DNA from: Zygnema circumcarinatum SAG 698-1b
Taxonomy: Eukaryota; Plantae; Zygnematophyceae
DNA length: 64,000 nt
Direction of reading: 5' to 3'
Assembly: GCA_037447605.1 (NCBI GenBank)
Contig: CM074810.1
Coordinates: 124,001-188,000, forward strand
The first letter of the stretch is position 1. The number at the start of each line of letters is the position of its first letter. Both the position numbers and the translations under genes were made by a program. Shown here one piece after another: positions 1 to 18,683 of the stretch. The notes below the pieces were generated by a model that was not told where the DNA came from, did no database searches, and was given only the letters and a program-made list of their open reading frames with translations.

Positions 1-216
1 TCTCATTTTGTCCATTTCCCCATCACTCTAATCTGTCTTTCCCTTTTCCCTTTACGCCATTTCGTCTCCTTCTCACTCCCTTTCTCTCTCCCTGTGCGTT
101 CTTCTCCAACGCATTATCCTTCTGCGTCCTCTCCTTCCCTCCTCCCTCCTCTCACCTCCCTCCCCCTCCAGCCAAGATGTGTTCAAGTGGAGTCTAACGT
201 ACATCCATGCTAGCAG

Positions 217-3065
<2,849 letters not shown>

Positions 3066-4121
3066 GAATGGGAATGGTCAGGTTTTATTTATTGGCTGCC
3101 TTATTATAGGGTCGGCAAAAGTAAATCGAGCTAGTCATCTAGTGAGATGTTGTATTTTTTTTATCGTTGATAATGCTCAGACAGGTGACTTTCGAGGATT
3201 TGTGGATCGGTGCGAAATATGCTTATTTGTTTCCCGATACGATTGGATTGGGTTACTTTTTAGTGGTGAAAGTTTTTTTTACAGCGGGTAAGGAGAGAAG
3301 CAGATGACTTGGGATGTACTATGCGCATGGGAACTAATAAAGAAGGCACTGTTTGAAGGAAAGATTTAGATTTCCTATGTGAGATATACTTCTCATTTGT
3401 CCTGTTGATGGATTTGAATAAAGTTGAGTGGGCTGCCTCGTTTTTTTTCATGTTGGTGTTTGAGAAGATAATATTGTAAATCTAGTTCCGACGCCTTCTA
3501 CTCACATTTGCTAGTCTGTTCCCTTTTCGTTCGAGAAATTTGAAAATTTATCCGCCTGTGTACTGTCATGACAGATGAAACTCTCGCTCACTTTTCCCGC
3601 TTCTGAATCCATCTCGAAAATGAAGTATCTTAAGAAACCGACGATTGGCCCGAAGAATATAATCAACAGTGCCATAACCATGCGTGTGCGCTTGTAGTTT
3701 ATTGGTTTTTCTCATGCAAAGGCAGCAGCGACGGCTAGAAATAGTTCTAAAATCGAAGCATCAAAACATTACAGACCAATACGAGGGAATAAAGCAAGGG
3801 ATGATAACATGTTCATTAGTAACCCGAGGGCTACTTTAAAAACTTGTCAACAACAAACTGCTATTTTTTAGTTCAAAACTCAAAGACCACACAAAAACTT
3901 ACGTCTTCAGATAAGCGGACATACTCTACAGACGTAGAAAATCTCGGAACGAAAGGAAAAAGAAAAGAAAGGAAACGTCTGCACAAAACAAAGTCTACAT
4001 GGGCCGTTTGCACGCTGAAGCCACAGCCATGGTCTAATCTGTACACTCGTTGGTACATACAAAAGCACTTCTATAGCCCATGGGTCGGCTCTTGGTCAGT
4101 TCATGCTCGTCTGGTCTCAGC

Positions 4122-4942
4122 TCAGTTGTTGTTAACTGAATCCTGCACCTTCCTTCCAACGTCCTTTGCTCCTTCTGCCACATTCTCTGCCGCATCTTTC
4201 GCGCTTTGGGTGGCGGTATTGACGGCGCCCTGCACATTCTTCGACGCGTCACTCGCCACATCCTTCACTGTGCCAGAGGCATCGTTCGCAGCATTCTGAA
4301 CCTGGTTCCCACTGCCATTTGTTGCCTTCTTTGCTTGGCTGCCGATGTCGTTGGCCGTATCTTGCAGCTTTCCGCTGGCATCGGAAGCTCCTTCCCTGAC
4401 CTGCGTTGCAGTGTTGGAAGCTGTGTCCTTTACGTTCTGGGAGCCCTTGTCGACCGAATCCTTGAATTGCTGGGTGCCGCGCTCGACGTCATCATTCTGC
4501 ATGCCATTGTGGTTGAAAAATCATGAGTACCTTTTCAATTCGATGTTACAACGTGCCGAGAACAGAGCACCGTACGACGGATAGCAGTGATGCTAGTTTA
4601 TTCATTAACTTTGGTAGCCAGTATATGCGGAAACAGATGCGTCTGTCAACACGATTTTCCGAATCATTTACCCTCTAGATGTTTGACAACTGCACTTGGA
4701 AAACACTTGCTTGCTATAAAAAAACGGCACAAATTTAAAAGATCTCACCAAGAACCCCTTTGTTCACACATCATTCATCATTCCCAGTCCAGTACCTGAG
4801 CTGCCCGCACTGCCAGCGACCGTAGCTGCAATCCTTGACGCGAGCGAAGGTTGCTTGAAGACACCGACACCCTCGTGTACGCACTCAAACTTGCCGTCGC
4901 CGCCACCTTCGATGTCAGCGATGCCACGCTCATGGATGCCAT
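4122..4942 (-). CDS. Plastid-targeted group 3 (LEA_4-like) late embryogenesis abundant protein, 173 aa
   Basis: Exon 4942-4796 encodes a Ser/Ala-rich transit peptide ending LAVRAAQ; exon 4496-4122 is hydrophilic with 11-mer periodicity (VKDTASNTATQ/VREGASDASGK/VKDVASDASKN/AKDAAENVAEG). Confidence 0.8.
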
Positions 4943-5072
4943 CTCGACGAAGGGAGAAGAAAAAGAAAGATTCTTGGAGAGAGCAAGAAAGCAAAAGCAC
5001 AAGCGAAGGGCTGCTGCAGATTGCAAGAGGAGGGAATGCAAGGACGATTTTCCTTCCAGGAGCGGTCTCCGC

Positions 5073-5471
5073 TTTATACCTCGCTTCAATCAGTGCGAGC
5101 GCAGCCGTGCAGGTCCAGAATCCGTACTTTTCAAAACTTCCTCACGTTCAGAACCAGGATAGCAATAAAAGAAAAGCATACATTGCAAGAAATTATTTTA
5201 ATAGCACAGTCGTTTTACACAGTACAGTTTTTTAGGTATACAAAATTCGCTACGCTGCAAGAACAGTACCAGCTCTTTGCTGACAGAGACTGGGCCGGTT
5301 CCTCCAGCAACAACGCCTGCTACGTGGCGACTCAATGACACGCCACGCTTCAGGCGCTGCGACAGCCAATGGCAGCACGCCACGTTGCTGTGGAAACGGC
5401 AGTGCGGAACACGTGTCGAGCCAAGACCGCCCGACAGACACGTCATCATTCCAGCTGTCTCGCCGCGTGGC
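5073..5471 (-). promoter_or_regulatory. LEA promoter: TATA box plus ABRE/G-box/CE3-like cluster
   Basis: TATAAA on minus at 5073-5078; TACGTGGC 5321, GCCACGTT 5379, CACGTGTC 5410, GACACGTC 5437, CGCGTGGC 5464. Confidence 0.6.
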
Positions 5472-6351
5472 ACAGTGTCGAGCTGGCGTTGGCGTTTCCC
5501 CTCGAAGTCCACCGACAGAACGGTCGATTCCATTCGCGCGTTTCTTGGTCTCCGTGCCAGTTCCAATTTCCGTTCCAGTTTCAAAGCGTTGGTAGAGTTA
5601 ACGGGGCACATAGAAACCTGCGTTCGCCTCATGCCCTAGAGCAGACCATGCTCTCGCAACAACAGGTTGATGTTGTTGTGGTTGTGTGCACGAGAGTGCA
5701 TGAACAACATGTACCAAGCGCGCATTCACACTTCGATCATTGCAATTGTCCCCAATCCTTCCTTTTGGATGGGGTTGCAGCAAACGCAAGCAGGACTATG
5801 ATAAGCTTTTTGGGCATTTCCGTACAACGACCAAAGCACATGCGAGCAGGGCGGTCAGGCCCTGTGGGGTTTTCAGCTCTGCCTTTCTAAAGGAGGCCCT
5901 GTGCTTCTCTACCCTCTCTCTCTCTCTCTTTGTTCCAAGGACCCCCCCTCTCCACTCTCTTCTCTCCCTCCACGCGGACCGCGAGAACCGATCCTTTGCA
6001 CTGTTTCCCGACTGCCCTTTCTATTTTCTCGCTACACCTTTTTTTTTGCGAAAATTTTGCGAAACTCAACATAAAATCTGCCGTCTACCTCCTTTAAGAC
6101 AATAAAAATGGAACTTAATAAGGGTACATTTTGCTTGCCTCTTTTCACATTGACAGGATCGGGTCGACGAGGCCATACCGTGACCGGTCCTCTCCCTCCC
6201 TCCCACTTCCCCCCGCTCCCTCTACACCCCTCCCCTCTCTTCGCCTCTCCCTCTCTTCGCTCATCTCCCCCAGTACATAACCATGGGTTTATAAAAATTA
6301 AAAAGAAGAAAATAACAATGAAAAACAAAGAAACCAAAAGGAAGGCCCCCA

Positions 6352-11369
<5,018 letters not shown>

Positions 11370-13017
11370 GGATACCTTCCTCACGCACTCCTCGTCCCTC
11401 TCGTCCCCTCCCTCCCTATCCCTCCCTCCCTGTCTCCCAATACCTCGTTCTCCCTATCTCCCGCACTCCTTGCCTTCGGTTCGCCCTTCCCCAGCTGCCA
11501 CCGTTATTCCTCCTGCCCCTCCTCTCTCCTCCCTCCTCCTCTCCCCTCCAGTTACTTCCTAAGCCTCCTGCCAACCCTCCACTCCTCTTCCTTCCCTCTC
11601 TCCAACGTTGCCCCACTCCCTCTCCCTGTTCCCACACCTCGTTCGCCTCGTCCTCCCCCACCACTCCCTTCCCACCACTTCTCCCTCTCCTCTCCGTCTT
11701 CTTCTCCCCCTCCTCTCCCTCCCTCTGTCCCCCTCTCCTCCCTTCCCTCACACTTCTCCCTCTCCACTCTCTCTCCCTCTCCCCATCTTCTCCCTTCCCT
11801 CACACTTCTCCCTCTCCCTCACCCCTTCCCCTTTCCTCCCCTTCCCCCCGTCTCCCCCCACCACCACCACCTCTTCCTCTTCCTCTCCCTCGCCCCCCTC
11901 TCCCTCAGCCATCCCCCTCCCCCAGCCGCCCCCCTACCTCTCCCTCTCGTTCCCCCCCGTATCCCTCAGCCGCCATGGCCCGTACAGGGCCACTTGCGCG
12001 CATTGCAAGGACCTGCCGCCTCAGCGAGTCCTGCGGGCCTCCAGTTCCATGCTTTGTCGGTCATCAAAGTTTCACAGCCCGTGTAACACCATAGATCGAA
12101 CATCCGTTCCATTATTATGTGGCAGAGAATCATAGAAACGAATTTTTTGACTTTCCAGTTCTTGTTCGCATAGATCGTCTTGGCGACAATTGGCCCAGAA
12201 CTCGCCCAAGCGTCAGTAATGATTGCTTCCAGAAATCACGGCAGCCGGGGGATATGATTGGGCCATGATTTTGTCGGTGTGCTTCGGGCACCACCCAACC
12301 GGCCGGTTACCGGCCGACATGCCGCCTGGCGTAAAACTTGCCGGCCAAGCGCCCGCTGTAAGGAAATTTGACCAATGAGGCGCTAGAAGGGAGAATCGGA
12401 CGATGAATCTCTCGCCACGTGACAAGATGTGCTGGCATGACGATTCCTTACTGGAGACAGCCTTGGAATTTGAGCCAAACGTCAAGTTTGTCCGGTAGCA
12501 ACTGACCGACAGCACGGGCGACTTACAGCCGGTGGGAATCTTCAACGGCTGAGATTTCAGGGTCGGTTGTAACTAGCATTTCCATGTCATTAAGGAGTTT
12601 GAAAATCGCAGCTGCCAATCAGAAGTCAGATAACTGCTATTCAGAAAATGCCTAAATGACGGTCTCTGGAAACGTAATGATGAGTAGGCAGGTTTTATTT
12701 TGGCGTATCTGTGCACATTGCAATCTCGGGCGTACGGCAATACCGGAATAAGTACGAACGCACATGGCACCCACAAAATGACAATTGTAAGATCTTGAAC
12801 GGATACGATATTGTCTGTAGGGTGTGGTTCAACAAAAGCGATACGGTACGGTACGGTACGAACGGTACGGTTGGGCCAACGTGCAGGGTACGGCGCTGGT
12901 CCGCAATCGGCGGAGAATTGTCGGTGCGATTGCGAGGTCGGATGACAACGAGCGACCACAGCTGTTTCGGAGCAGGGGCGAACTTGCATGAACAAAAACG
13001 CTAGAGAGAGAAATGTG

Positions 13018-13230
13018 CATGTGGCATTGGTCTCAATATGGCTGGGGATGCCATGAAATGTGCATGGACAACAACAACATGGGGAACCACGAGGAACCAA
13101 CCGGTCACAAAGGACCTATGGACCGAAGGAAACAGAGCTACAAAATGAGCGAACCTCTAATAACCACTATTGAGTTAAGGATTGTGCATGTACATTTGAT
13201 GGCATCACCATCGTGAGGTCAATGCCACAT
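13018..13230. repeat. Dispersed ~100-bp repeat: full minus copy 13018-13119 and partial plus copy 13187-13230
   Basis: Shares TAGGTCCTTTG, CCTCGTGGTTCCCCATG and CATGTACATTTGATGG motifs with 17718-17810 and 42431-42510. Confidence 0.75.
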
Positions 13231-13578
13231 CTTTCTCTTCAAATATGTGAACGTACCGGTATTGTGTGCTATGTTACGCAACAGCAAAATGATTGAGGAA
13301 TTGAACAAGTTATTTGCGTAATTTCTCATTGTTCAAAGTAATTTAATAGGTTTGAACATGAAACACTAGAAATCGGAATTGTTTTGCGTTTTAGACATTG
13401 AACAATATGAAAAAAAAAGTTCAAATTCTCAATATATAATGTAGGAATTCATTTCTCACTCTCAAAATTAATTGAAATTCAGTTTGGAAGTGAAAATCTG
13501 GTTATGAGAAATCCTTTTGAACAGCCAGAATCTAAAAAAAACGGACTCTTAAACCATTTGGTCTTAGAAAACTTGACA

Positions 13579-13622
13579 TACAGTCATGCCATGTGCCGTA
13601 CAGTCATGCCATGTGCCGTACA
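13579..13622. repeat. Perfect 20-bp tandem duplication (TACAGTCATGCCATGTGCCG x2)
   Basis: Seen directly. Confidence 0.9.
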
Positions 13623-13749
13623 CATCCAACTCCTGCACGTAGCAGAGCTCTCGAACAGCCCAACGTGGCAAGTTAGGTAATAATCAAGTAGAGGAGATGG
13701 TGGGAGAGGGGTTTTCACGTTTTTTACTCTGATTTGATTGCAATGAATA

Positions 13750-14110
13750 GGTGAGGGGAGGGGAGGAGGGAGTGAGAGGCAGGGGCGGTGGGAGGGGAGT
13801 GGGAGGAGCAGGGGCAGTGGGAGAGAGGGAGAAGCAGGGGTGGAGGGAGGAGGGCAGGGAGAGGCAGGGGCAGTGGGAGAAGCAGGGGCAGTGGGAGAGA
13901 GGGAGAGGCAGGGGCGGAGGGCAGGGAGTGGCAGGGAGAGTTGGATAAGGAGAGGCAGTGGGAGAGAGGGAGAGGCAGGCGGAGGGAGGAGGGCAGGGAG
14001 AGGCAGGGACAGTGGGATAAGGAGAGGCAGTGGGAGAGAGGGAGAGGCAGGGGCGGAGGGAGGGAGAGAGAGGCTACGGCACAGGGAGCAGGGTGAGAGG
14101 GAGGGAGAGG
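13750..14110. repeat. Purine-rich minisatellite (GAGAGGGAGAGGCAGGGGCAGTGG-like)
   Basis: Degenerate tandem copies seen directly. Confidence 0.8.
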
Positions 14111-14720
14111 TGGGGGCAGCGCAGAGGACACGGAGAGTCGGCGCATCAGTCGCGACTCGCAACGGGCCATGCACATGCATGCACATGCATTAGCATACGT
14201 GGCGGGTCTCCATTGGACGGGTTCCAATGGCGGCGGGTGGCCAGATATTTGTGTCCTTTCCCAGTGCGCAGCTGCGTGGTGCCCCCAGCGCGCAAGCGTT
14301 CCTAGCGGCACTACTTGAAAGGACGAACGGGCCAATCCGAGCCTTACGCTATCCTCAGTGCCACGTAGGACTCTACGTGGCAGCATCTTATTGGCTATTA
14401 CGCCATTTCTCCGACCGTTCACTTTTGGCAAAACCACGTTAGCTCGCCCAAACTCAGTTTTGCTTTCGGCAAGAGGCGCTCTCCCCGCCCTCCCCCCGCC
14501 ATGGCTGCCTGCAGCTCCCTGCAGTTGTCTCCTCCTTCTTGACTCTCTCCCTCAAGTTTCGAAGAGTTTCGGCGCATTTGATTCTTTGTAATAATCGAAA
14601 TATTGGCGGTGTTTGAAATATTTCAGCTTCACAGGGGCTTCAGGCCTTGGAGGGTTTGAGCCGTTTGCTTTGGAGATTTCCAGGACGTCCAGGGGCTAGG
14701 GTTTCTGGGCAGCCGCAGCC

Positions 14721-16808
14721 ATGGCGACTGCTTCTGTGTCTTCACTGTCCATGGCGTCCGCTCACGTTTTAGATTCATCGAACAACAGGCGTGCGTTTGT
14801 CCAAGGACCGGGCATGGTTGAAACCCTAAGTTTCGTCGGAGGTATTTCTTCTTCTTGTCCTTGTTTTCTGAAGCAATCTCTGGCGCAATGTTGCTTCGGT
14901 AGTAAGTTATGCTCGGGGATGCAGAAGCTAGAAGCATGCAGTAGGAAGGCTCGCCCTTAAGAACATCAAACCTGGAAACCGGAAAACCACGAGGATCTGC
15001 GAAACTGCAGAGCACTATGGAACCCTGAAAATGTTTATTTTTAAATATACAATATATACATATTATCTGACAAGGCCGTTGCTTTGTTTTGGACAGGGGG
15101 AAGGATGCCTGCCAGAATTTCTTCTCACCCTTATAGGTCCGATGTTAGAAGTTGCAAACCTCGTTTTTCAGTAACGTCATCTATTTCCAACGAGAATGAA
15201 GCACAACGAGCGGAAGAATTCTCTCCAGAAGTGAAAAGTTTCACCTTCGAGAAAAAGGAAGGATCACATTCGGGAGATTTGATGATGAAGAAAGAAAAGG
15301 CTCTTGACGAGAACAGAAAACACATGAATGCAAATTCAAGCAGGCAACGAAGTGACTTAGATAGCACAGTTTTGCGTTGCAGAAATCGGAGATTTCTCCT
15401 TGGAAGCATGTCTTTCACGGCAATATCTGCAATCGGAGGGGTGGGATTTTACGGTATAGAAAGCTCGGAAAGAATTTCAGGTGCAAGTATGGCAAAACAA
15501 GTAGGGCAACACTTAGGGTTTGGAGCTGCGATAGCTCTGCCAACGAGGGAGAGGGATGCTTATGACGAGGGCAAATTACTAGAACAGAATCGCAGAATAC
15601 AGAAGCTAAATCAAGCGCCTGAAAACTTTCCTGGCTTCGTTAGAGAAGGTGAGTCGAGCGTAAAACTTCTAATGGAGAATCTTTATGTCGTCCTTTGCTC
15701 CCTTTCCTCTCATGCTCGCTCTTCCTCTCTCTTTTTCTCTTGATCGCCCTCCCCCTCCCCCTCTTCCTCACCCCCCTCTCCTCTGCTCTCCCTCTTGGTC
15801 TCCCCCTAACATATTTCCTTTTTTGTCCTTTAACCGTTTTTCACCTACGATATGCATCTTCGCTTCGCAGGATTTGATGTAAAGGTCATCATCGGGCCCG
15901 AATACGAGAAGAGTTCTTCGGGCCTAATTATCCTTGACATTGTACCAGGCACTGGAGAAAATCCCAAGGATGGCCAGCAGGTGCATGCTATTGCCACTTC
16001 AGCTAAATCCAGAACCGAATCATTTCAGAATCCTTAGATTTTGCGTGTGACGCTAGCTGTCTATACTGTTTTCGAAGTAAATGGATGAGAGAACCGCCAG
16101 ATTGGTTAACGTGGTTTAGCTGCTAGTGCTCGTTCTTTTCTACTCTACCGCTATTATTGCTGTTTACAGTTTCGCTGCAAAATCATCGTAAGGTCATTGT
16201 TTTTGGTAATTCGTCAATAACATCCAAACGCTTTGAATCCCTTTGTATGTGTCCCTGAGAGAGAGGCAGAGTGAGATGGAGAGCGGGTGGGGGGTTACAC
16301 GAGTGGAAGGGAGGAAGGTTGGAAGAATGAGAGGCCAGAGTCAGAGGAAGGAAAATGAGACGGTGGAGCCGAGTGAGAAAGAAGTATGGGGGGAGTGGAA
16401 AGGGACAAGGGAGGAGTGGAAAGGTGAGGGGGGCTGACTGGAGGGGGAGACGAGGGAGCGATTCAACGGTAGAAGGAGCGAGACAGAAAGTGAGAGGAGG
16501 ACATGCTGAATGTAACGGATGTTGAGCAGTAGAATGTGAAGCTTTGGCAACTAATGTACATCTCATGCTATGCAGGTGATATTTAATTATATTGGATATA
16601 ATGAATCTGCTCGACGAGTTGATAGTACGTATTTAAAAGGAGAACCTGCTCGAACTCGACTCGGCATTGGTGGAATGATTCCTGGTGAGGACAAACACCC
16701 CGCGGTTTCCATACATGAAGTTCTGTCCTCTCTTCCACATCCATTTCTAAATATCTCCAATAAGGTCCCATTACGAACAGCTGAACCCTCTTGAAGTGAA
16801 GCGGGATG

Positions 16809-16844
<36 letters not shown>

Positions 16845-17470
16845 GCTCACACAGAAACGCGCTCAAAAATACAGATGCAGACACCTACACGAAGTTAGCA
16901 GATCATGGGGTTTCAATATTTTGAGGAGCGATTAAAGTGTTGCAGGCTTTGAAGAGGGGCTAAGGAGCATGCGAGTGGGAGGAAAACGACGAATAGTTAT
17001 CCCTCCCGAGCTCGGGCCGCCGGTAAAAACCTATTTGCTCCATACTTCTTGTTTGCATTCCTGCTATCCCATTATATCCTGCCCTTCCCTGCCATTCCAA
17101 GAGCATGGCGATGGTGGGTGCCTGAATTTGGAAAGCTGAACTCATTCGGGGACTCCAAAAGTTTTTGGAGTTTGTTGGTGTCAGATTTTTGGGAGTTTTG
17201 GACATTTTGAGAGCTTGGAGATTTCTGTCATCCCAGCTGCCTGGAGTTGTCTGTTTCTTTTGCGTTCTGAGGATTTTACTGTCGTTAAAAGGCCTCCATC
17301 TTCCGGTGAATTATAGGGTTTGAAAAGTACTCTCTGGGTGATGGGCGCAGACTGGACCTTCAACATTCTTCAGCGCGAAGCAGTATGAGGTTTTCGATGT
17401 GGAGCTATTGTCAGCTAAAGACTGCGTGCGGCGCCAAATTGTGTTTTACTCCGATGTAAAGTGCGAGTAG
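14721..17470 (+). CDS. FKBP17-1: Thylakoid-lumen FKBP-type peptidyl-prolyl isomerase, FKBP17-1-like, 362 aa
   Basis: Exons 14721-14841, 15097-15648, 15871-15980, 16576-16684, 16946-17022, 17351-17470 join in frame. Twin-Arg RRFLLG plus hydrophobic stretch; LLEQNRRIQ, PKDGQQV, IGYNESARRVDSTY, IPPELGPP, GPSTFFSAKQYEVFDVEL, FYSDVKC*. First exon less certain. Confidence 0.9.
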
Positions 17471-17717
17471 CCAGGCAGGCAGCGCTCCGCGCTTGTCTCT
17501 TCTTATACGCTTTGTAAAGCTCCTCAGTTCAAAGAGAGCCCCAACTCGCGAGCTAGGCTGCCTCGCTTGAGGTGGTGATGCTTGGATACTTCACAGTGCA
17601 GTCTGAATAAAAAAACCCCGCGATGTGCCGCACATCGGTGACCTTCGTGACCCTTCTAGGGGCTGCGTTGTTGCGCCTAGGCGTAGTTTTCCGCTCCTAG
17701 CTTCTTTTTTTTGTTCT

Positions 17718-17810
17718 TAGGTCCTTTGCGACCAGTTCCTCGTGGTTCCCCATGCTGCTTTTGTTCATGTACATTTGATGGCTTCGCCATCATGAGTTCA
17801 ATGCCATTTT
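17718..17810 (+). repeat. Copy of dispersed ~100-bp repeat
   Basis: TAGGTCCTTTGCGACCAGTTCCTCGTGGTTCCCCATGCTG...CATGTACATTTGATGGCTTCGCCATC; matches 13018-13119 (reverse) and 42431-42510. Confidence 0.75.
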
Positions 17811-17910
17811 CACCCATTTCTACTAAAGCAAGGAAAAGAATTAAGGCAGCAGCAACAGCATACAACGCTGGCCATCGGACACGTCAGTTGCAAACTGAAA
17901 CAATTTTGTG

Positions 17911-17941
<31 letters not shown>

Positions 17942-18683
17942 GAAAAGTCGAGGACGATGTCAATTCAAAGAGGGCTGTATAGCAGACAGTGGGTTCGTAC
18001 GGACAGCATGGAACTGTTGGCTAGAACAATCACCTTTTCTGTTTTACGGTAACATATAGCGCCTAGCTGCTAGTACCCCGCCGCCATTTGCGGCGCCACG
18101 ACTCGAAGCCGTTCAAACGCCCTTGCGGGCAGAGGCAAATGTTTTTGAATCTCTCTCGCCCTGCCCGACCGACATTCGGAACAGATTTTCTCTGGAACTT
18201 TCATCCAAGCATTCGTCGCCACGTGGACACTCAAACCACGTGTTCTCAAAGCCTTGCCGGTTCTTGACTTTAAAAAAGTTAAGTACAGTACAGCTCACGA
18301 ATATTCTGAATATGATTCTGAGGTACCGAGTCTTGTTTGAAGCGCTGCCTCCTGATCCCTCCCCCGCCTGCAAGGTACTGCCTTTTGCGTCGGCGCGGAA
18401 TATCCGGGCAGACGCCGAAACGAAAAAAGCGGCGGAAAGGTTTTGGGTGCAATTTTGGGCGAGGGGGCGCCTGGCGGCCGAGGGCCCAGTAACAGGAGCG
18501 GGAGGGGGGAGGGAGTGGGAGAGAGAGGCGAGAGAGAGGGAGGGAGAGCGGAGAGAGAGGCGAGAGAGAGGGAGGGAGAGCGGAGAGAGAGGAGAGAGAG
18601 GGAGAGAAAGGGAGGACGAGCGAGGGAAAGAGAGAGGGTGAGAGGGAATAAGGAGAGGGGAGGGAGAGGGAGAGGGAGTCGCG

